This document shows positions 48,201 through 62,000 of a stretch of 64,000 bases of DNA, piece after piece. Below the pieces are notes generated by a model. The model ran no database searches and had not been told where the DNA came from. It saw nothing but the letters and a program-made list of their open reading frames with translations. The stretch covers positions 438,278,001 through 438,342,000 of the forward strand of contig OZ024740.1 in NCBI GenBank assembly GCA_964016885.1, read 5' to 3'. Numbering within the stretch: the first letter of the stretch is position 1; each line of letters starts with the position of its first letter. This DNA is from Eledone cirrhosa. Its lineage: Eukaryota. The position numbers and the translations under genes are program-made.

Positions 48201-50415
48201 CATACCTTTATATTACACAACTTTATAGTACACACCTTTAGCGTACATACCTTAATAGAACATAACTTTATAGAACATATCTTTAGAGAAGATATCTTTA
48301 TAGAATAGACCTTTATAGGACATACCTTTATAGAACACACCTTTATAGAACATACCTTTATATTACACAACTTTATAGTACACACCTTTAGCGTACATAC
48401 CTTAATAGAACACACCTTTATAGACTATACCTTAATAGAACATACCTTTATAGAACACACCTTTATAGAATACACCTTAATATAACATACCTTAATAGAA
48501 CACACCTTTATAGAACTTATCTTTATAGAACATACCTTTATAGAACACACCTTTATAGAACATACCTTTATAGAATATACCTTTATAGAATGTACCCTTA
48601 TAGAACACAACTTTATAGTACATACCTTTATAGTACATACCTTTATAGTACATACCTTAATAGAACATACCATTATAGAACATACATTTATAGAACATAC
48701 CTTTATAGAACACACCTTAATAGAACATGCCTTTATAGAACAGGCCTTTATAGAAAATACCTTAATAGTGCATAGCTTAATAGAACATGCCTTTATAGAA
48801 CAGACCTTTATAGAACATACCTTTATAGTACATACCTTTATAGTACATACCTTTATAGAACATACATTTATAGAACAGACATTTATAGAATATACCTTTA
48901 TAGAACAGACCTTTATAGTACATACCTTAATAGAACATACCTTTATAGAACACACCTTCATAGAACATGCCTTTATAGAACAGACATTTATAGAACATAC
49001 CTTTATAGTACATACCTTTATAGTACATACCTTTATAGTTACTACCTTTATAGAACATACCTTAATAGAACATACCTTTATAGAACACAACTTTATAGAA
49101 CACACCTTTATAGAACACACCTTTATAGAACAAACCTTTATAGAATATACCTTTATAGAACAGACCTTTATAGAACATACCTTTATAGAACACACCTTAA
49201 TAGAACATGCCTTCATAGAACAGGCCTTTATAGAACATACCTTTATAGTACATACCTTTATAGTACATACCTTAATAGAACAGACCTTTATAGAACATAC
49301 CTTTATAGAACATAACTTTATAGAACATACCTTTATAGTAAATACCTTAATAGAACATACCTTTATAGAACAGACCTTAATAGAACACATCTTTATAGAA
49401 CACACCTTTATAGAACATAGCTTAATAGAACATACCTTTATAGAACAGATCTTTATAGAACATACCTTCATAGAACATACCTTTATAGTACAAACCTTTA
49501 TAGTACATACCTTTATAGTACATACCTCTATAGAATATACCTTTATAGAACAGACCTTTATAGAACACACCTTTATAGAACATACCTTTATAGAACATAC
49601 TTTAATAGAACATGCCTTTATAGAACAGACCTTTATAGAACATACCTTTATAGTTATTACCTTTATAGAACATACCTTAATAGAACATACCTTTATAGAA
49701 CACACCTTTATACAACAGACCCATATAGAACATACGTTTATAGAATATACCTTTATAGAACAGACCTTTATAGAACATACCTTTATAGAACACACCTTAA
49801 TAGAACATGCCTTTATAGAACAGGCCTTTATAGAACATACCTTTACAGAAAATACCTTTATAGAAAATACCTTTATAGAACATACCTTTATAGAACATAC
49901 CTTTATAGAAAATACCTTTATAGAAAATACCTTTATAGAACATACCTTTATAGAACATACCTTTATAGAGCATACCTTTATAGAACACACCTTAATAGAA
50001 CATACCTTTATAGAACATACCTTTATAGAACATACCTTTATAGAACATACCTTTATAGATCATACCTTTATAGAACATACCTTTATAGAACATACCTTTA
50101 TAGAATATACCTTTATAGAATATACCTTCATAGAACAGACCTTTATAGAACATACCTTTATAGAACATACCTTTATGCAACATACCTTTATAGAACAGAC
50201 CTTTATAGAACATACCTTTATAGAAAATACCTTTATAGAACATACCTTTATAGAACACACCTTTATAGAACATACCTTTATTGAACATACCTCAATATAA
50301 CATACCTTAATAGAACACACCTTTATAGACCATACCTTAATAGAACATACCTTTATAGAACATACCTTTATAGAACATACCTTTATAGAACACACCTTTA
50401 TAGAACATACCTTTA
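41870..50415. repeat. Diverged tandem duplication, period 4154-4395 bp
   Basis: Offsets are 4154 (42511/46665), 4349 (43423/47772, 44241/48590) and 4395 (45402/49797, 45597/49992). Shared private variants include TAGTGCATAGC, TAGACTATACC and TTACTAACTT. Confidence 0.9.
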
Positions 50416-50969
50416 TAGAACATACCTTTAAAGAATAGACCTTTATAGAACATAGCTTTTTAGAACACACCTTTATATTACACATCTTTTTAGTACACAC
50501 CTTTAGCGTACATACCTTAATAGAACAGACCTTTATAGAACATATCTTTAGAGAAGATACCTTTATAGAATAGAACTTTATAGAACACACCTTTATAGAA
50601 AATGCCTTTATAGAACAGATCTTTATAGAACACACATTTATAGAACACACCTTTATAGAACATACCTCTATATAACATACCTTAATAGAAGACACCTTTA
50701 TAGAACACACCTTTATAGAACACACCTTTATAGAAAATACCTTTATAGAACAGATCTTTATAGAACACACCTTTATAGAACACACCTTTATAGAACATAC
50801 CTCTATATAACATACCTTAATAGAACACACCTTTATAGAACACACCTTTATAGAACACACCTTTATAGAACATAGCTTATTAGAATACACCTTTATAGAA
50901 CAGACCTTTATAGAACATACCTTTATAGAACACACCTTAATAGAACACACCTTTATAGACCATACCTTA

Positions 50970-53280
50970 ATAGAACATACCTTTATAGAACATACCTTTA
51001 TAGAACATATCTTTATAGGACATACCTTTATAGAACACACCTTTATAGAACATACATTTATAGAAAAGCCCTTTATAGAACACATCTTTATAATACATAC
51101 CTTTATAGAACACACCTTTATAGAACATACCTTTATAGAACATACCTTTATAGAATAGACCTTTATAGAACATACCTTTTTAGAACACACCTTTATAGAA
51201 CATACATTTATAGAACACACCTTTATAGAACATAACTTTATATTACACAACTTTATAGTACACACCTTTAGCGTACATAACTTAATAGAACATACCTTTA
51301 TAGAACATATCTTTAGAGAAGATATCTTTATAGAATAGACCTTTATAGAACATACCTTTATAGAACACATCTTTATAATACATAACTTTATAGAACACAC
51401 CTTAATAGAACATGCCATTATAGAACTTAGCGTTATAGAACATACCTTTATAGAACAGACCTTTATAGAACACACTTTAATAGAACATGCCATTATAAAA
51501 CATAGCGTTATAGAACATACCTTTATAGAACAGACCTTTATAGAACATACCTTTATAGAAAATACCTTTATAGAACATACCTTTATAGAAAATACCTTCA
51601 TAGAACATACCTTTATAGAACAGACCTTTATAGAACATACCTTTAGAGAATATACCATTATAGAACAGACCTTTATAGAACATACCTTTATAGAACATAC
51701 CTTTATAGAACATATCTTTATAGAACATACCTTTAAAGAACACACCTTAATAGAACACACCTTTATAGAATAGAGCTTTATAGAACATACCTTTATAGAA
51801 CACACCTTAATAGGACATGCCTTTATAGAACAGACCTTTATAGAACACACCTTTATAGAACATGCCTTTATAGAACAGATCTTTATAGAACACACCTTTA
51901 TAGAACACACCTTTATAGAACATACCTCTATATAATATACCTTAATAGAACACACCTTTATAGAACACACCTTTATAGAACATACCTTTATAGAACATAC
52001 CTTAATAGAATACACCTTTATAGAACAGACCTTTATAGAACATACATATATAGAACACACCTTAATAGAACACACCTTTATAGACTATACCTTAATAGAA
52101 CATACCTTTATAGAACAGACCTATATAGAACATACCTTTATAGAACACACCTTAATAGAACATGCCTTTATAGAACAGACCTTTATAGAACATACCTTTA
52201 TAGAACACACCTTTATAGAACATACCTTTATAGAATATACCTTTATAGAACATACCTTTATAGAACAGATCTTTATAGAACATACCTTTATAGAACATAC
52301 CTTTATAGAACATATCTTTATAGGACATACCTTTATAGAACACACCTTTATAGAACATACATTTATAGAAAAGCCCTTTATAGAACACATCTTTATAATA
52401 CATACCTTTATAGAACACACCTTTATAGAACATACCTTTATAGAACATACCTTTATAGAATAGACCTTTATAGAACATACCTTTTTAGAACACACCTTTA
52501 TAGAACATACATTTATAGAACACACCTTTATAGAACATAACTTTATATTACACAACTTTATAGTACACACCTTTAGCGTACATAACTTAATAGAACATAC
52601 CTTTATAGAACATATCTTTAGAGAAGATATCTTTATAGAATAGACCTTTATAGAACATACCTTTATAGAACACATCTTTATAATACATAACTTTATAAAA
52701 CACACCTTAATAGAACATGCCATTATAGAACTTAGCGTTATAGAACATACCTTTATAGAACAGACCTTTATAGAACACACTTTAATAGAACATGCCATTA
52801 TAAAACATAGCGTTATAGAACATACCTTTATAGAACAGACCTTTATAGAACATACCTTTATAGAAAATACCTTTATAGAACATACCTTTATAGAAAATAC
52901 CTTCATAAAACATACCTTTATCGAACAGACCTTTATAGAACATACCTTTAGAGAATATACCATTATAGAACAGACCTTTATAGAACATACCTTTATAGAA
53001 CATACCTTTATAGAACATATCTTTATAGAACATACCTTTAAAGAACACACCTTAATAGAACACACCTTTATAGAATAGAGCTTTATAGAACATACCTTTA
53101 TAGAACACACCTTAATAGGACATGCCTTTATAGAACAGACCTTTATAGAACACACCTTTATAGAACATGCCTTTATAGAACAGATCTTTATAGAACACAC
53201 CTTTATAGAACACACCTTTATAGAACATACCTCTATATAATATACCTTAATAGAACACACCTTTATAGAACACACCTTTA
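50970..53280. repeat. Block of about 1.0 kb duplicated at offset 1305 bp (87 monomers)
   Basis: Matching ORFs at 51477/52782 and ORF ends at 51173/52478. The private variant AACTTAGCGTTAT occurs at about 51424 and 52729. Confidence 0.88.
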
Positions 53281-53759
53281 TAGAAAATATCTTTATAGAA
53301 CATACCTTTATAGAACACACCTTTATAGAACATACCTTTATTGAACATACCTCAATATAACATACCTTAATAGAACACACATTTATAGAACACACCTTAA
53401 TAGAACACAACTTTATAGACCATACCTTAATAGATCATACCTTTATAGAACATACCTTTATAGAACATACCTTTATAGAACATACCTTTATAGAACACAC
53501 CTTAATAGAACATACCTTTATAGAACATACCTTTATAGAACACACCTTTATAGAACATACCTTTATAGAATATACCTTTCTAGAACATACCTTTATAGAA
53601 CAGATCTATATAGAACATACATTTATAGTACATACCTTTATAGAACATACCTTTATAGAACACACCTTTATAGAATAGACCTTTATAGAACATACGTTTA
53701 TAGAATAAACCTTTATAGAACATACCTTTATAGAACATACCTTTATAGAATAGACCTTT

Positions 53760-56700
53760 ATAGAACATACCTTTTTAGAACACACCTTTATAGAACATAC
53801 CTTTATAGAACACACCTTTATAGAACATACCTTTATATTACACAACTTTATAGTACACACCTTTAGCGTACATACCTTAATAGAACATACCTTTATAGAA
53901 CATATCTTTAGAGAATATATCTTTATAGACTAGACCTTTATAGAACATACCTTTATAGAACACACCTTTATAATACATAACTTTATAGAACACACCTTTA
54001 TAGAACATACCTTTATAGAACATACCTTTATAGAACACACCTTTATAGAATACACCTTAATATAACATACCTTAATAGAACACACCTGTATAGAACTTAT
54101 CTTTATAGTACATACCTTTATAGAACACACCTTTATAGTTTATACCTTTATAGAATGTACCCTTATAGAACACACCTTTATAGTACATACCTTAAAAGAA
54201 CATACCTTTATAGAACACACCTTTATAGTACATACATTAATAGAACATACCTTAATAGAACATACCTTTATAGAACATACTTTAATAGAACATGCCTTTA
54301 TAGAACATACTTTAATAGAACATGCCTTTGTAGAACAGACCTTTATAGAACATACCTTTATAGATATTACCTTTATAGGGCATACCTTAATAGAACATAC
54401 CTTTATAGAACACACCCTTATAGAACAGACCCTTATAGAACATACGTTTATAGAACAGACCTTTATAGAACATACCTTTATAGAAAATACCTTTATAGAA
54501 AATACCTTTATAGAACATACCTTTATAGAACATACCTTTATAGAACATACCTTTATAGAACACACCTTAATAGAACATACCTTTATAGAACATACCTTTA
54601 TAGAACATACCTTTATAGAACATAACTTTATAGAACATACCTTTATAGAACATACCTTTATAGAACATACCTTTATAGAACATACCTTTATAGAACACAC
54701 CTTTATAGAACATACCTTTATAGAACATACCTCAATATAACATACCTTAATTGAACACACCTTTATAGAACACACCTTAATAGAACACACCTTTATAGAC
54801 CATACCTTAATAGAACATACCTTTATAGAACAGACCTTTATAGAACATACCTTTATAGAACATACCTTTATAGAACACACCTTAATAGAACATACCTTTA
54901 TAGAACATACCTTTATAGAACACACCTTTATAGAACATACCTTTATAGAATATACCTTTCTAGAACATACCTTTATAGAACAGATCTTTATAGAACATAC
55001 CTTTATAGTACACACCTTTATAGTACATGCCTTAATAGAACATACCTTTATAGAACATATATTTATAGAACATACCTTTATAGAACATACCTTTATAGTA
55101 CATACCTTTATAGTACAAACCTTAATAGAACATACCTTTATAGAACATAGCTTTATAGAACACACCTTAATAGAACACACCTTTATAGAACATAGCTTAA
55201 TAGAACATACCTTTATAGAACATACCTTTATATTACACAACTTTATAGTACACACCTTTAGCGTACATACCTTAATAGAACATACCTTTATAGCACATAT
55301 CTTTAGAGAATATATCTTTATAGAATAGACCTTTATAGAACATACCTTTATAGAACACACCTTTATAATACATAACTTTATAGAACACACCTTTATAGAA
55401 CATACCTTTATAGAACATACTTTTATAGAACACACCTTTATAGAATACACCTTAATATAACATACCTTAATAGAACACACCTTTATAGAACATATCTTTA
55501 TAGTACATACCTTTATAGAACACAACTTTATAGAATATACCTTTATAGAATGTACCCTTATAGAACACACCTTTATAGTACATACCTTAAAAGAACATAC
55601 CTTTATAGAACACACCTTTATAGTACATACATTAATAGAACATACCTTAATAGAACATACCTTTATAGAACATACTTTAATAGAACATGCCTTTATAGAA
55701 CATACTTTAATAGAACATGCCTTTATAGAACAGACCTTTATAGAACATACCGTTATAGTTATTATCTTTATAGAACATACCCTAATAGAACATACCTTTA
55801 TAGAACACACATTTATAGAACAGACCCTTATAGAACATACCTTTATAGAATATACCTTTATAGAACAGACCTTTATAGAACATACCTTTATAGAACACAC
55901 CTTAATAGAACATGCCTTTATAGAACAGGCCTTTATAGAACATACCTTTATAGTACATACCTTTATAGTACATACCTTAATAGAATATGCCTTTATAGAA
56001 AATACCTTCATAGAACAGACCTTTATAGAAAATAACTTTATAGAAAATACCTTTATAGAAAATAACTTCATAGAACATACCTTTATAGAACATAGCTTTA
56101 TAGAACCTACCTCTATAGAACACACCTTAAGAAAACATACCTTTATAGAACATACCTTTATAGAACATACCTTTATAGTACATACCTTTATAGTACAAAC
56201 CTTAATAGAACATACCTTTATAGAACATAGCTTTATAGAACACACCTTAATAGAACACACCTTTATAGAACATAGCTTAATAGAACATACCTTTATAGAA
56301 CAGACCTTTATAGAACATACCTTTATAGAACATACATTTATAGAACATACCTTTATAGAACACACCTTTATAGAATAGACCTTTATAGAACATACCTCTA
56401 TAGAACATACCTTTATAGAATAGACCTTTATAGAACATACCTTTATAGAACATACCTTTATAGAATAGACCTTTATAGACCATACCTTTTTAGAACACAC
56501 CTTTATAGAACATACCTTTATAGAACACACCTTTATAGAACATACCTTTATATTACACAACTTTATAGTACACACCTTTAGCGTACATACCTTAATAGAA
56601 CATACCTTTATAGAACATATCTTTAGAGAATATATCTTTATAGAATAGACATTTATAGAACATACCTTTATAGAACACACCTTTATAATACATAACTTTA

Positions 56701-57320
56701 TAGAACACACCTTTATAGAACATACCTTTATAGAACATACCTTTATAGAACACACCTTTATAGAATACACCTTAATATAACATACCTTAATAGAACACAC
56801 CTTTATAGAACTTATCTTTATAGTACATACCTTTATAGAACACACCTTTATAGAATATACCTTTATAGAATGTACCCTTATAGAACATACCTTTATAGTA
56901 CATACCTTAAAAGAACATACCTTTATAGAACACACCTTTATAGTACATACATTAATAGAACATACCTTAATAGAACATACCTTTATAGAACATACTTTAA
57001 TAGAACCTGCCTTTATAGAACATACTTTAATAGAACATGCCTTTATAGAACAGACCTTTATAGAACATACCTTTATAGTTATTACCTTTATAGAACATAC
57101 GTTAATAGAACATACCTTTATAGAACACACCTTTATAGAACAGACCTTTATAGAACATACCTTTATAGCATATACCTTTATAGAACAGACCTTTATAGAA
57201 CATACCTTTATAGAACACACCTTAATAGAACATGCCTTTATAGAACAGGCCTTTATAGAACATACCTTTATAGTACATACCTTTATAGTACATACCTTAA
57301 TAGAACATGCCTTTATAGAA
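53760..57320. repeat. Diverged higher-order repeat, about 1.3-1.4 kb period, 3 partial copies
   Basis: The AATGTACCC marker and similar downstream variant strings occur at 54155, 55550 and 56870 (offsets 1395 and 1320). Confidence 0.78.
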
Positions 57321-59009
57321 AATACCTTTATAGAACATACCTTTATAGAACATACCTTTATAGAACATACCTTTATAGAACACACCTTAATAGAACATAC
57401 CTTTATAGAACATACCTTTATAGAACATACCTTTATAGAACATAACTTTATAGAACATACCTTTATAGAACATACATTTATAGAACATACCTTTATAGAA
57501 TATACCTTTATAGAATATACCTTTATAGAACATACCTTTATAGAACATACCTTTATAGAACACACCTTAATAGAACATACCTTTATAGAACATAACTTTA
57601 TAGAACATACCTTTATAGAACATAACTTTATAGAACATACCTTTATAGAACATACCTTTATAGAACATACCTTTATAGAATATACCTTTATAGAATATAC
57701 CTTTATAGAACAGATCTTTATAGAACATACCTTTATAGAACATACCTTTATAGAACATACCTTTATAGAACAGAACTTTATAGAACATACCTTTATAGAA
57801 AATACCTTTATAGAACATACCTTTATAGAAAATACCTTTATAGAACATACCTTTATAGAACACACCTTTATAGAACATACCTTTATTGAACATACCTCAA
57901 TATAACATACCTTAATTGAACACACCTTTATAGAACACACCTTAATAGAACACACCTTTATAGACCATACCTTAATAGAACATACCTTTATAGAACAGAC
58001 CCTTATAGAACATACCTTTATAGAACATACCTTTATAGAACACACCTTAATAGAACATACCTTTATAGAACATACCTTTATAGAACACACCTTTATAGAA
58101 CATAACTTTATAGAATATACCTTTCTAGAACATACCTTTATAGAACAGATCTTTATAGAACATACCTTTATAGTACATACCTTTATAGTACATACCTTAA
58201 TAGAACATACCTTTATAGAACAGACCTTTATAGAATAGACCTTTATAGAACATACCTCTATAGAACATACCTTTATAGAATAGACCTTTATAGAACATAC
58301 CTTTATACAACATACCTTTATAGAATAGACCTTTATAGAACATACCTTTTTAGAACACACCATTATAGAACATACCTTTATAGAACACACCTTTATAGAA
58401 CATACCTTTATATCACACAACTTTATAGTACACACCTTTAGCGTACATACCTTAATAGAACATACCTTTATAGAACATATCTTTAGAGAATATATCTTTA
58501 TAGAATAGACCTTTATAGAACATACCTTTATAGACCACACCTTTATAATACATAACTTTATAGAACACACCTTTATAGAACATACCTTTATAGAACATAA
58601 CTTTATAGAACACACCTTTATAGAATACACCTTAATATAACATACCTTAATAGAACACACCTTTATAGAACAGACCTTTATAGAACATACCTATATAGAA
58701 CACACCTTAATAGAACACACCTTTATAGACCATACCTTAATAGAACATACCTTTATAGAACAGACCTATATAGAACATACCTTTATAGAACACACCTTAA
58801 TAGAACATGCCTTTATAGAACAGATCTTTATAGAACATACCTTTATAGAACACACCTTTATAGAACATACCTTTATAGAATATACCTTTATAGAACATAC
58901 CTTTATAGAACAGATCTTTATAGAACATACCTTTATAGAACAGACCTTTATAGAACATACCTTCATAGAAAATACCTTTATAGTACAAACCTTTATAGTA
59001 CATACCTTT

Positions 59010-62000
59010 ATAGTACATACCTTTATAGAACACACCTTTATAGAACAGACCCTTATAGAACATACGTTTATAGAATATACCTTTATAGAACAGACCTTTA
59101 TAGAACATACCTTTATGGAACACACCTTAATAGAACATGCCTTTATAGAACAGGCCTTTATAGAACATACCGTTATAGTACATACCTTTATAGTACATAC
59201 CTTAATAGAACATGCCTTTATAGAAAATACCTTTATAGAACAGACCTTTATAGAACATACCTTTATAGAAAATACCTTTATAGAAAATACCTTTATAGAA
59301 CATACCTTTATAGAACATACCTTTATAGAACCTATCTTTATAGAACATACCTTTATAGAACACACCTTTATAAAACATACCTTTATACAACACACCTTTA
59401 TAGAACATACCTTTATAGAACACACCTTTATAGAACATACATTTATAGAAAAGCCCTTTATAGAACACACCTTTATAATACATACCTTTATAGAACACAC
59501 CTTTATAGAACATCCCTTTATAGAACATACCTTTATAGAATAGACCTTTATAGAACATACCTTTATAGAACATACCTTTATAGAACATACCTTTATAGAA
59601 CATACCTTTATAGAATAGACCTTTATAGAACATACCTTTTCAGAACACACCTTTATAGAACATACCTTTATAGAACAGATCTTTATAGAAAATACCTTTA
59701 TATTACACAACTTTATAGTACACACCTTTAGCGTACATACCTTAATAGAACAGACCTTTATAGAACATATCTTTAGAGAAGATACCTTTATAGAATAGAC
59801 CTTTATAGAACACACCTTTATAGAATGCAGCTTTATAGAACAGACATTTATAGAACACATCTTAATATAACATACCTTAATAGAAAACACCTTTAGAGAA
59901 CATAGCTTAATAGAACATACCTTTATAGTAAATAGCTTAATAGAACATACCTTTATAGAACAGACCTCAATAGAACACATCTTTATAGAACACACCTTTA
60001 TAGAACATAGCTTAATAGAACATACCTTTATAGAACAGACCTTTATAGAACATACCTTCATAGAACATACCTTTATAGTACAAACCTTTATAGTACATAC
60101 TTTATAGTACATACCTTTATAGAATATACCTTTATAGAACAGACCTTTATAGAACACACCTTTATAGAACATACCTTAATAGAACATTCCTTTATAGAAC
60201 AGGCCTTTATAGAACATACCGTTATAGTACATACCTTTATAGTACATACCTTAATAGAACATGCCTTTATAGAAAATACCTTTATAGAACAGACCTTTAT
60301 AGAGCATACATTTATAGAACACAACTTAATAGAACATACCTTTATAGAACATACCTTTATAGAACATACCTTTATAGAACATACCTTTATAGAACATACC
60401 TTTATAGAACATACCTTTATAGAACATACCTTTATAGAATATACCTTTATAGAATATACCTTTATAGAACAGACCTTTATAGAACATACCTTTATAGAAC
60501 ATACCTTTATGGAACATACCTTTATAGAACAGACCTTTATAGAACATACCTTTATAGAACATACCTTTATGGAACATACCTTTATAGAACACACCTTTAT
60601 AGAACATACCTTTATAGAACACACCTTTATAGAACATACATTTATAGAAAAGCCCTTTATAGAACACACCTTTATAATACATACCTTTATAGAACACACC
60701 TTTATAGAACATCCCTTTATAGAACATACCTTTATAGAATAGACCTTTATAGAACATACCTTTATAGAACATACCTGTATAGAACATACCTTTATAGAAC
60801 ATAGCTTTATAGAACACACCTTTATAGAACATACCTTTATAGAACATACCTTTATAGAATAGACCTTTATAGAACATACCTTTTTAGAACACACCTTTAT
60901 AGAACATACCTTTATAGAACACATCTTTATAGAAAATACCTTTATATTACACAACTTTATAGTACACACCTTTAGCGTACATACCTTAATAGAACAGACC
61001 TTTATAGAACATATCTTTAGAGAAGATACCTTTATAGAATAGACCTTTATAGAACACACCTTTATAGAATACAGCTTTATAGTACATACCTTTATAGAAC
61101 ACACCTTTATAGAACAGACCCTTATAGAACATACGTTTATAGAATATACCTTTATAGAACAGACCTTTATAGAACATACCTTTATGGAACACACCTTAAT
61201 AGAACATGCCTTTATAGAACAGGCCTTTATAGAACATACCGTTATAGTACATACCTTTATAGTACATACCTTAATAGAACATGCCTTTATAGAAAATACC
61301 TTTATAGAACAGACCTTTATAGAACATACCTTTATAGAAAATACCTTTATAGAAAATACCTTTATAGAACATACCTTTATAGAACATACCTTTATAGAAC
61401 CTATCTTTATAGAACATACCTTTATAGAACACACCTTTATAAAACATACCTTTATACAACACACCTTTATAGAACATACCTTTATAGAACACACCTTTAT
61501 AGAACATACATTTATAGAAAAGCCCTTTATAGAACACACCTTTATAATACATACCTTTATAGAACACACCTTTATAGAACATCCCTTTATAGAACATACC
61601 TTTATAGAATAGACCTTTATAGAACATACCTTTATAGAACATACCTTTATAGAACATACCTTTATAGAACATACCTTTATAGAACACACCTTTATAGAAC
61701 ATACCTTTATAGAACATACCTTTATAGAATAGACCTTTATAGAACATACCTTTTCAGAACACACCTTTATAGAACATAACTTTATAGAACAGATCTTTAT
61801 AGAAAATACCTTTATATTACACAACTTTATAGTACACACCTTTAGCGTACATACCTTAATAGAACAGACCTTTATAGAACATATCTTTAGAGAAGATACC
61901 TTTATAGAATAGACCTTTATAGAACACACCTTTATAGAATGCAGCTTTATAGAACAGACATTTATAGAACACACCTTTATAGAACATACCTTTATAGAAC

